Below, piece after piece: positions 1-9,603 of a DNA stretch of 64,000 nt. Location of the stretch: assembly GCA_044344255.1 (NCBI GenBank), contig JBIJDH010000001.1, positions 128,001 to 192,000 of the forward strand. Direction: 5' to 3'. A program made the position numbers and the translations under genes. A model generated the notes under the pieces. That model worked only from the letters and a program-made list of their open reading frames with translations. It had not been told where the DNA came from and made no database searches. This DNA comes from Myxococcota bacterium (GTDB taxonomy: Bacteria > Myxococcota_A > UBA796 > UBA2385). Position 1 is the stretch's first letter. Each line of letters opens with the position of its first letter.

Positions 1-351
1 CTCTCGATCACGGAGGAGCTCGACGACCTCACCGAGGCCCCCACCTGCTCGCTCTCCTGGGGCCTCACGGGCACCGCGGTCGACACCGCCTGCCCCACCT
101 GCACCGTCGCCTTTGATGTGCTCTTCTACCTGAACGACGGAGACCCCACCCTCTGCGAGACCCCCGACATCCCCTCCGACGGCGAGGTGCGCACCTTCGG
201 CTGGTCGGAAGAAGAGGAGCTGGTCTACTTCGACTGGTACGACACCGGCGCTTGGGTCCCCTGGTACTCCGCGGTCTTCGACTGGGACAGCGGGGACATC
301 CTCCTCTACAACGAGCGCGTGCTCGGCTTCAACCCCGAGGAAGAAGAATGA
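1..351 (+). CDS. Hypothetical acidic Cys-containing protein, 5'-truncated by the window edge
   Basis: Frame 1 is open from base 1 (LSITEELDDLTEAPTC...CPTC...) to TGA at 349-351; its stop overlaps the next ATG (ATGA). Confidence 0.75.
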   Translation, partial: LSITEELDDLTEAPTCSLSWGLTGTAVDTACPTCTVAFDVLFYLNDGDPTLCETPDIPSDGEVRTFGWSEEEELVYFDWYDTGAWVPWYSAVFDWDSGDILLYNERVLGFNPEEEE

Positions 352-1427
352 GCCGGCGTCGCGCCTCCGCCTTGCGGGCCCTGGCGCTCGCGGCCCTCAC
401 CTCGCTCCCAGCGCTCTCCTGCAAGGAGGAGAAGGCGGAGGGAGCCGGCCCCGCCGCCGCCGATCCCGATCCCCCCGACGCCCTGCCCATCCCCGACATC
501 AGCGGCATGGACCTGGAGGCCGCCTTCCAGGACGCGCTCGAGCTCGCCGTCTCGGTCCACACCGGCGTGCCCTGGGACGGCCTCGGCCAGAGCCTCAGCC
601 TCGCCCAAGCCTCCTGCCCTGACCTCTACGCCGGCAACCCCGATCCTGACGCCCTCGATGACGTCGAGGGCGGCGCGGCCTGGAAGGACGCCTGCACCAC
701 CGCCGGCGGCCTCACCTGGGACGGCTTTGGCTGGTGGAAGGCCACCATCTCGAGCACGGGTGACATCCTCACCCCCGAGGGCCAGACCTTCGAGGGCCAA
801 CGTGAGCTCATCGGCGACGGCAGCGTCGGCGACAGCAACGGCCCGCTCTACGGCTTCCGCGGCGAGGCCACCGACGCCCTCTCCCTCGTGTCCTCTACCG
901 CCCCCTTCTACAAGAGCTGGAGCTGGTCGAGCACGGTCAACGGCACCACCACCGGCACGACCCTCTTCGCGCCCTCGAGCCGCACCCCTCAAGGCTGGCG
1001 GGCCGATCTGTACCTCTCCACGCAGGGCGGTTCGGCCGAGACCCTCAGCCTCCGCGGCGACGCCTACTTCTTCGAGCCGGTGATCGAGGGCAACTTCGAC
1101 AGCCTCTCGGCGGAGCTCGACTGGGCCAGCCCCGAGAGCAGCGGCCCCACCGACTGCTCGCTTGAGCCGAGGGGCATCCTCTCGATCCGCGATCCCAGCG
1201 CCATCTGGTACGATCTGGTCTTCCTCCCGCTCGAAGACAGCTCCGCCGGCGACACCGGCGCGAACGCGGCCTGTGACGGCTGCGGCACGCTCTTCGTCCG
1301 CGGCGTCGAGGTCACCGAGCTCTGCGTCGACCTCAGCTTCGTCTGGAACGGGACCCTCGATGAACCGGAGCTCGAGGGCTGGGCCTTCGACGTTCGCTCG
1401 CCAGAACCAGAACCGGAGGCCGGATGA
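348..1427 (+). CDS. Hypothetical lipoprotein (acidic, Cys-paired, beta-rich)
   Basis: ATG at 348 is coupled to the upstream stop. MSRRRASALRALALAALTSLPALSC is a lipoprotein-like signal; the C-terminal part contains CDGCG. Confidence 0.8.
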   Translation: MSRRRASALRALALAALTSLPALSCKEEKAEGAGPAAADPDPPDALPIPDISGMDLEAAFQDALELAVSVHTGVPWDGLGQSLSLAQASCPDLYAGNPDPDALDDVEGGAAWKDACTTAGGLTWDGFGWWKATISSTGDILTPEGQTFEGQRELIGDGSVGDSNGPLYGFRGEATDALSLVSSTAPFYKSWSWSSTVNGTTTGTTLFAPSSRTPQGWRADLYLSTQGGSAETLSLRGDAYFFEPVIEGNFDSLSAELDWASPESSGPTDCSLEPRGILSIRDPSAIWYDLVFLPLEDSSAGDTGANAACDGCGTLFVRGVEVTELCVDLSFVWNGTLDEPELEGWAFDVRSPEPEPEAG

Positions 1428-3076
1428 ACCGGACGACCGCCCCCTACCTGCTCCTCCTCCTCCTCAGCGGCCTCACCTCCTGCGGCGGTGAGGGTGGCGA
1501 CGAGCCCGCCGACGGCATCACCCTGCTGTCGCCGAGGGAGCAGCTCATCCGGCTGTCGGTTGACCTCCGCGGCGTGCACCCCTCGGAGGCCGAGCTCGCG
1601 GCCATCGACGAGAACCCAGATCTCTACGACGACTTCGTGGGTCGCTTCCAGGAAGATCCGCGGATGCTCGGGCGTATGCGGGAGATCTGGAACCTCCGCT
1701 TCATGACCCGCACCGGCACGACCTACTTCGATCCCGCGGAGGCGGGCCTCTCCGGGAGCTCCGCGGCCATCGCCGGCTCGCTGGCCAACGAGCCCCTGAT
1801 GCTGCTCTCCCGCATCATCGAGGAGGACCTCCCCTACAGCGAGATCGTCGAGGCCGACTACACGATGGCCGACGGCGCGGTCGCTGCGATGTGGGATCTC
1901 GAATACCCCGAAGGGGAGACCGGCTGGCAGGTCGCCCACTACCAGGACGGCCGCCCCGAGGCCGGCATCCTCACGATGTCGACCCTCTGGCAGCGGTACC
2001 CCTCGATGGGCGGCAACGCGAACCGGCATCGGGCCAACGCCATCTCCAAGATGCTGCTCTGCGACGACTACCTGTCGCGGCCGATCGTGCTCAACCGCGC
2101 GGCCGTCGATCAGCTCACCGTCGATCCCGAAGACGCCATCGCCACCAACGCCTCCTGTCAGAGCTGCCACTCCACGCTCGACCCCCTCTCCGCGCACTTC
2201 TTCGGCTTCTTCAACGAAGAAGAGGTGGAGAGCTTGCGAGACGGGGTCACCTATCGGGCCGAGAACGAGCAGAACTGGCGGGACTACGCCGGCCGCGCCC
2301 CCGCCTACTACGGTCGCCCCACCACCGGCATCCCCGAGCTGGCCGAGCGCATCGCCAAGGACCCCCGCTTCGAGCAGTGCGCCGTGCAGACCGCCTGGGA
2401 GGGCCTAACCCAGCGCGAGCTCAGCTCGGCGGACTGGGCCGAGCTGCAGGCCCACACCCTCACCTTCCAGGAGAAGGGCCAACGCCTCAAGCCGCTCATC
2501 GAGGAGATCGTGACCGCTCGGGTGTATCGAGCCGGGGAGATCACCGATCCCGACCTCGCGATGCGGGCCCCGGTGGTCAAGACGGCCTCCCCGGCCCAGC
2601 TCGCCTCGATCATCGAGGACATCACCGGCTACCGCATGACCTTCTCAGCGGTAGACGGCCTCACCGATCCGAGCATCGGCATCGCGGTGCTCTCCGGTGG
2701 CATCGACGGCGCCTTCGTGACCCGCCCGAGCTTCGACCCCTCCGTGGGCGGGGTCTTCGTGCTGGAGCGGCTCGCGCAGTCCGCGGCTTGGGACGTCGTC
2801 TCCCACGACTTCGCCCCCGGTCGAACCGAGCCCGCCCGCCTGCTCGCGTACGTGACCCTCGAGGACACCCCGGAGTCGAACCCCACCGCCTTCGACGGAC
2901 AGCTCCGGGCGCTCTACCTCCGCGTGACCGGGCTCCCCCTCTCCGACGACGCGCCCGAGCCGGGCGAGATGATGCGCTTGTGGCGAGAGATCGCCGACCT
3001 CGAGGGTTCGCACGAGGCCGCCTGGGCGGCTGTCCTGTCGGTCATCCTGCGCGACCCGCGCGTCCTCTTTTACTAG
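1424..3076 (+). CDS. Lipoprotein with one CxxCH, DUF1549/DUF1588/DUF1585-like putative c-type cytochrome
   Basis: Lipobox LTSC; RLSVDLRGVHPSEAEL; AGILTMSTLWQRY; CQSCHSTLDPL; LAERIAKDPRFEQCAV; sits directly before a DUF1501 gene. Confidence 0.75.
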   Translation: MNRTTAPYLLLLLLSGLTSCGGEGGDEPADGITLLSPREQLIRLSVDLRGVHPSEAELAAIDENPDLYDDFVGRFQEDPRMLGRMREIWNLRFMTRTGTTYFDPAEAGLSGSSAAIAGSLANEPLMLLSRIIEEDLPYSEIVEADYTMADGAVAAMWDLEYPEGETGWQVAHYQDGRPEAGILTMSTLWQRYPSMGGNANRHRANAISKMLLCDDYLSRPIVLNRAAVDQLTVDPEDAIATNASCQSCHSTLDPLSAHFFGFFNEEEVESLRDGVTYRAENEQNWRDYAGRAPAYYGRPTTGIPELAERIAKDPRFEQCAVQTAWEGLTQRELSSADWAELQAHTLTFQEKGQRLKPLIEEIVTARVYRAGEITDPDLAMRAPVVKTASPAQLASIIEDITGYRMTFSAVDGLTDPSIGIAVLSGGIDGAFVTRPSFDPSVGGVFVLERLAQSAAWDVVSHDFAPGRTEPARLLAYVTLEDTPESNPTAFDGQLRALYLRVTGLPLSDDAPEPGEMMRLWREIADLEGSHEAAWAAVLSVILRDPRVLFY

Positions 3077-3095
3077 ATCCTGCGGAGCCGCGACC

Positions 3096-4334
3096 ATGTT
3101 CAACCGCCGACAGCTCCTCCAAGGTTCAGCCGCCCTCGGCGCCTGCAGCCTCCTCCCCACCGCTCAAGCCGCCGTGGCCGAGCGTAAATTCCTCTTCTTC
3201 TTCGCCTCCGGCGGGTGGGACAGCACCGCGGTGCTCGATCCCCACTTCGGGGTCGAGGGCGTCGACATGGAGGTGGACAGCGAGCCCGGGGGCGTGGGGA
3301 ACCTCATCTACACCGGCGGCCCAGGCCGGGTGGAGGTCGACCACTTCTTTCGCCGCTGGGGGCGCCGCGCCGCGATCGTCAACGGGCTCGACAGCCACAG
3401 CGTCGGCCACGAGTCGGCCCGCCAGTTCGTGATGACCGGCACCTCCTCGTCCTCCTTCTCCGACTGGCCCACGCTCATCGCCGCCAGCGCCCGCAACGAC
3501 TACCCGATGCCCCACGTGGTCTTCGGGGGGCCCGCCTACCCCGGCACCCGCGGCGAGACGGTGGTGCGGGCGGGCGGCGGCGCGCTGCTCAGCCTGCTCA
3601 ACGGCTCGATCGTAGGGCGCAGCGATCGTCCGGCGCCGGTGCCGGAGAGCGCCGCCGACCGCATCGCCGACGCCTACGTCTACGAGCGGGTCTCCCGCTA
3701 CGCCGCGGCCCGCATGGACGGCCTCGGCGGGGCCCGCGCGAAGTCGCTGCAGGACAACCTCGAGCGGGCCATGGAGCTCGAGGGGCGGCGCTTCGAGGCC
3801 GGCCTCGATGACCTCGGCAGCGGCATGAAGGCGCAGGGCCTGCAGGCGGTCGAGCTCATGCGCCTCGGCCTCTGCCGCACGGCGATGATCGGGATCGAGG
3901 GCGGCTGGGACACCCACAGCAACAACCTCATCCAGGGCGACCAGAACGAGGAGCTCTTCGCCACCCTCGACGCCGTGATGGAGAAGATGGCCACCACGCC
4001 CGGCACCGCGTCGCCCTACCTCATCGACGAGGTCGTGATCGTCTGCCTGAGCGAGTTCGGGCGCACGCCGAAGTTCAACGGCGGTAACGGTAAGGACCAC
4101 TGGCCGTACAGCTCGGCCCTCGTCGTGGGAGCCGGCGTCAAGGGCAACCAGCGCGTGGGCTACACCGACGACAGCCTCGTCAGTCAGCCGATCAACCTCG
4201 CCACCGGCCAGCCCGACTCCGGCGGCGACATCCCGGCGGCGGAGAACCTCGGCGTCGCCCTCCTCCGCCTCGCCAGCCTCGACCCCGAGCAGTTCCTGCC
4301 CGGCGTACAAGGGCTGGACGCGCTGCGGGCCTGA
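3096..4334 (+). CDS. DUF1501 family protein, Tat-exported
   Basis: Twin-arginine signal MFNRRQLLQG; motifs GGWD, GGWDTH, SEFGRTP and GKDHWP. Confidence 0.9.
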   Translation: MFNRRQLLQGSAALGACSLLPTAQAAVAERKFLFFFASGGWDSTAVLDPHFGVEGVDMEVDSEPGGVGNLIYTGGPGRVEVDHFFRRWGRRAAIVNGLDSHSVGHESARQFVMTGTSSSSFSDWPTLIAASARNDYPMPHVVFGGPAYPGTRGETVVRAGGGALLSLLNGSIVGRSDRPAPVPESAADRIADAYVYERVSRYAAARMDGLGGARAKSLQDNLERAMELEGRRFEAGLDDLGSGMKAQGLQAVELMRLGLCRTAMIGIEGGWDTHSNNLIQGDQNEELFATLDAVMEKMATTPGTASPYLIDEVVIVCLSEFGRTPKFNGGNGKDHWPYSSALVVGAGVKGNQRVGYTDDSLVSQPINLATGQPDSGGDIPAAENLGVALLRLASLDPEQFLPGVQGLDALRA

Positions 4335-4670
4335 ATGTTGATCCTGCTGCTCTCCGCCGCCTGCTCCCAGCCCGCCGACACCGGCGCGGTGGTGTGCGGG
4401 ACCCACTCCCCGACGCTCGGGTACTCGAACTTCGGAGAGGGCTTCCTGCTCGAGCACTGCGCGGGCTGCCACAGCTCGATGCTGCCCGCCGACGCCCGCC
4501 AAGGGGCGCCCGTGGGGGTCGATCTCGACAGCCTCGACCTCGCGCGGGAGTGGGCCGAGCGCTCGAAGATCCGCACCGTCACAGAGCTCACGATGCCACC
4601 GGGCGGCGGCCCCTCCGATGAGGAGCGCCTCTGGTTCAGCGAGTGGATCGACTGTGGGATGCCGCCATGA
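4335..4670 (+). CDS. Small monoheme cytochrome c lipoprotein
   Basis: Lipobox SAAC; CAGCH heme motif; MPP distal Met motif; C-terminal WIDCG. Confidence 0.8.
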   Translation: MLILLLSAACSQPADTGAVVCGTHSPTLGYSNFGEGFLLEHCAGCHSSMLPADARQGAPVGVDLDSLDLAREWAERSKIRTVTELTMPPGGGPSDEERLWFSEWIDCGMPP

Positions 4671-5347
4671 TCCCGCCCCGGCCCCGCGCGGCCTGCGCGC
4701 CCCTCCGGCTGCTCCACGGCGCCCTCCCGGCCCTGGTGGCCTGCTCGGAGTACCAGGTGCGAGAGCCGGACGCCCTGCCCACGGCCGAGGCGCCGGCGAT
4801 CCCGGCCACGATCTACGGCAACCCGCCCGACTGGCAGACCTGCGAGCCCGGCTTCGCCGGACACTACACGAACCTCACCGCCGACGAGATGGGCGTCGCC
4901 GCCCCCGACACCGGCGTTGAGGACGCCCTCGACCCCACCGCCCTCGACTGGTGGGATCCGTCCCGCCCCTCGATCGCCGACTTTGACCCCAGCCTCGACT
5001 TTGGCGCCAACTGGTGGCCGCTGGACGAGGGCATCGAGGGTGATCCGGCCTGGTTCGCCGTCTGGTGGGTCGCCTGGCTGCGGGTCTGGGATGACACCGA
5101 GGCCAGCTTCACCCTCGGCGCCGCGACCGACGCCTGGGTGCTGCTCGACGACGTGCAGGTGGCCGCCCAGTCCGGCCGCACCGCCTTCGAGCCCGAGACC
5201 GTGCCGCTGTCCCTCGACGGTGGGCAGTACCCGGTGATCGTCTACGCCGCCCAGCGTGGGGGCCCGGCGAGCGCCCTCCGCTTCCGCTGGCTCACCGGCG
5301 ACGTCACCCTCTGTTACCCGGACTTCAGCGAGACCGTGGTCGACTGA
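4667..5347 (+). CDS. PA14-like domain lipoprotein
   Basis: ATGA overlap with the cytochrome gene; lipobox LVAC; FAVWW..WLRV...FTLG.ATDAWVLLD...L.GG.YPV..Y.Q.GG follows the PA14 pattern. Confidence 0.65.
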   Translation: MIPPRPRAACAPLRLLHGALPALVACSEYQVREPDALPTAEAPAIPATIYGNPPDWQTCEPGFAGHYTNLTADEMGVAAPDTGVEDALDPTALDWWDPSRPSIADFDPSLDFGANWWPLDEGIEGDPAWFAVWWVAWLRVWDDTEASFTLGAATDAWVLLDDVQVAAQSGRTAFEPETVPLSLDGGQYPVIVYAAQRGGPASALRFRWLTGDVTLCYPDFSETVVD

Positions 5348-5512
5348 CCGGCCGTGGTTGACAGGGGGCAGAGAGCGGACCCGAGCTTAGCGCTTTCCCC
5401 TCGGTTGATTCCGCGCTACTCTGCCGCCCACTTTCCAGGGTGGCACCCCGCGGCCTCCAGCGGTCGCTTGCCTCCCCGCCCGATCGGTCCGCGTACCCCA
5501 GATGGAGATCTC

Positions 5513-6547
5513 ATGCTGAAGCGCCTCGCCGCTGTGTCCCTGCTGCTCGCCCTTTCGGCCACCGCCTCCGCCACCCCGGCCCGCATCGACGGGCTGTCCC
5601 GGAACGGCGGCTTCACCGACGACAGCGACTTCTTCCTCTTCCCCTCGGTCCTCGGCGATGAGGGCCAGAACGTGTGGCTGCACTACGACGGCGCGGCCCA
5701 GGGCGGCATCTCCTGGGAGAACGACGTCACCCGAGCCCTCTACTTCAACCACGTGCCAGCGGGCGGCTCCACGGCCTCCGGCGCCCCCGCCGCCTGGGTC
5801 GCCACCTTCACCCAGGCCTCCGACGGCGCCGGCTTCAGCGGCCACATCGGCTGGGACGCCGCCACGCTCGAGCTCGGCGGCGCCTACGGCAAGGGCGAGG
5901 GCGGCGACGAGCCCACCAACTGGGCCCTCAGCGGCAACCTCCTCCTCCAGGGCCGCGTCCTCGACGACTCCACCACCAAGGACACCGAGAAGGCCGCTGC
6001 GGGCATCGACCTCACCTTCCGCCACCGCAAGCTGACCGACCAGTCGGCCCAGCTCATCTCGGTCGACGTCGATTACCGCGAGAAGGACCGCACCACCCTC
6101 ACCGGCGCCTTCCAGATCGGCCCCCGCTTCAACGCCGACGGCGTGGACGCTGCCCTCCTCTTCGGCCCCGTGCTCGGCATCACCTCGCTCGACGCCGAGG
6201 CCGGCAAGGACCTCTACGGCAAGGACGTTCCCACGATCCTCGCGGTCGACGTCCCCGTGGCCAACGTCGCCGCCGAGTACGCGGTGCGCGAGTGGATGTA
6301 CCTCCGCGGCGCCGCCACCGCCGGCTGGCACGTCGACACGCTCGTGGGCCTCAAGGACACCAAGGCCACCGACTTCCCGATGGTGTGGAGCTCCCGCGTC
6401 GGCGGCTCGATGGGCGCCGGCTTCAAGCAGGAGCACGCCAGCTTTGACCTCGCCGTGAACCCCGGCTGGGCCATCGGCGGCCCCTACTTCCTCTCCGGCG
6501 CCGCCAACCCGATGCTGGCCAGCATCTCGGCCCGCATCGACCTCTGA
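5513..6547 (+). CDS. Putative outer-membrane beta-barrel / porin-like protein
   Basis: GGAG SD and Sec signal (ATASA). Alternating amphipathic beta-strands run to the C-terminus (ASISARIDL). Confidence 0.6.
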   Translation: MLKRLAAVSLLLALSATASATPARIDGLSRNGGFTDDSDFFLFPSVLGDEGQNVWLHYDGAAQGGISWENDVTRALYFNHVPAGGSTASGAPAAWVATFTQASDGAGFSGHIGWDAATLELGGAYGKGEGGDEPTNWALSGNLLLQGRVLDDSTTKDTEKAAAGIDLTFRHRKLTDQSAQLISVDVDYREKDRTTLTGAFQIGPRFNADGVDAALLFGPVLGITSLDAEAGKDLYGKDVPTILAVDVPVANVAAEYAVREWMYLRGAATAGWHVDTLVGLKDTKATDFPMVWSSRVGGSMGAGFKQEHASFDLAVNPGWAIGGPYFLSGAANPMLASISARIDL

Positions 6548-6568
6548 CCCAGGGCCGGAGCCGAACCC

Positions 6569-7147
6569 CTACATGATCCGCAGCTTGTAGGGGTTCTTCT
6601 CCTTCTTCTTCTCGGACTCGACGAGATCGGCCTCGGCGGCCTTGAGGACCTCCTTGAAGGTCTCGTTGTCGGGCTCGAAGGTCAGGGCGAACTTGATGTT
6701 CATCACGCCCGCCTTGTAGTTCTTGTCCTTGATGTCGCGCAGCGCCATCTTCCAGTAGCGCTCGGCCTTCGGGTGGGTGGCCGCGGCCTCGGGGTCGTTG
6801 GCCTTCTTGTCTGCGGCGGCCTGCTTCTCGGCGTCGTCGGTCATGCGCAGCGCGCCGCCCTCGAGGAGCTGATCGTAGCGGACGCGCTGCTCCGGGTCCT
6901 TGAGGCAGCGGTAGGCCTCGTTGACGAGCCGGTAGATGTCGTTGGCGCGGCTGGCGACCCCGGGGTCGCCCAGGCTGTTGAAGCGGTCGGGGTGGAGGCG
7001 ACGGCTCTCCTTGCGGAAGCCGACGCCGATGTCGTCTTGCACACAGGAGCGATCGGCCCCGAGGATGCGGTAGTAGTCAAGCTCGGGGAGGAGCTCGTGC
7101 AGCGCGTCGATCTCGACGCGCATACGGGTGCGGGGATCTGGCGCCAT
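6569..7147 (-). CDS. J-domain co-chaperone with C-terminal TPR-like helices
   Basis: DYYRILG...LHPDRF...VNEAYRCLKDPEQRVRYD, with the HPD motif intact. Confidence 0.9.
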   Translation of the reverse strand: MAPDPRTRMRVEIDALHELLPELDYYRILGADRSCVQDDIGVGFRKESRRLHPDRFNSLGDPGVASRANDIYRLVNEAYRCLKDPEQRVRYDQLLEGGALRMTDDAEKQAAADKKANDPEAAATHPKAERYWKMALRDIKDKNYKAGVMNIKFALTFEPDNETFKEVLKAAEADLVESEKKKEKNPYKLRIM

Positions 7148-7186
7148 CCGGGACTCCCGAGTCGGGTGCCGGGCCGAGGCCCGGGA

Positions 7187-8749
<1,563 letters not shown>

Positions 8750-8805
8750 GTCCAACTCCTGTTTACCGAGAGGCCCCCCCGCCAAGGCGAGGGGCAACGA
8801 GCGCC

Positions 8806-9603
8806 TCATTCGCCTGAGCTTAGCAGCCCATCGAGCAAGAGGGCCAGCTCGTCATGAATGCGACCGTTCGTGGCGAGCAGCTGTCGCCCCTCCAGCCGAA
8901 AGGGGCCACCGCGGAGGTCGGTGACCCGGCCCCCCGCCTCCCGGACGAGCAGGGAGCCCGCCGCCATGTCCCAGGGGGCCAGGCCGAGCTCCCAGAAGCC
9001 GTCGGCCCGGCCGCTGGCGACGTGACAGAAATCAAGGGAGGCCGCCCCATTTCTGAGCACACCGTGGGCGCGCTCCAGCATCACCTGGACGAAGCGGAGG
9101 TAGTAGGCCGCTCGCTCTCGACGATCGTAGGGGAAGCCCGTGATCAGCAGGGAGTCGCCGAGGGTCGCGGCCCCGGACACCCGGATGGGCTGGCCGTCCC
9201 GGGCGGCCCCCCGGCCCTTCGCGGCGGTCCAGGTCTCGCCCCGGACCGGATCGTAGATGCAGCCGGCGACCACCTCGCCCTCCGCCTGAAAGCCGATCGA
9301 CACCGCGTACGCGGGGAAGCCGTGGACGAAGTTGGTGGTGCCGTCGAGCGGATCGATGACCCAGCGGGTCGCGGCCACCGAGGCCCCGCTCCCCTCCTCG
9401 GCCAGGACCGGCACCCCTGGGCAGCGCCGCTCCAGGAGCTCGACGATGCAGCGCTCGGCGGCGAGATCGACCTCCGTCACGAGGTCGATCGCCCCCTTGT
9501 GGGAGATCTGGCGCGGACCTCCCCGTTCGGTCACGGCGTCACGGATGAGGGCCCCCGCCGCCTGAGCGGCCTCAACCGCCACCTGGAGGTGCTCGACGCT
9601 CAT
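8806..9603 (-). CDS. suhB: Inositol monophosphatase family protein
   Basis: DLVTEVD, WVIDPLDGTTNFVHG, WDMAAGSLLVREAGG. Confidence 0.93.
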   Translation of the reverse strand: MSVEHLQVAVEAAQAAGALIRDAVTERGGPRQISHKGAIDLVTEVDLAAERCIVELLERRCPGVPVLAEEGSGASVAATRWVIDPLDGTTNFVHGFPAYAVSIGFQAEGEVVAGCIYDPVRGETWTAAKGRGAARDGQPIRVSGAATLGDSLLITGFPYDRRERAAYYLRFVQVMLERAHGVLRNGAASLDFCHVASGRADGFWELGLAPWDMAAGSLLVREAGGRVTDLRGGPFRLEGRQLLATNGRIHDELALLLDGLLSSGE

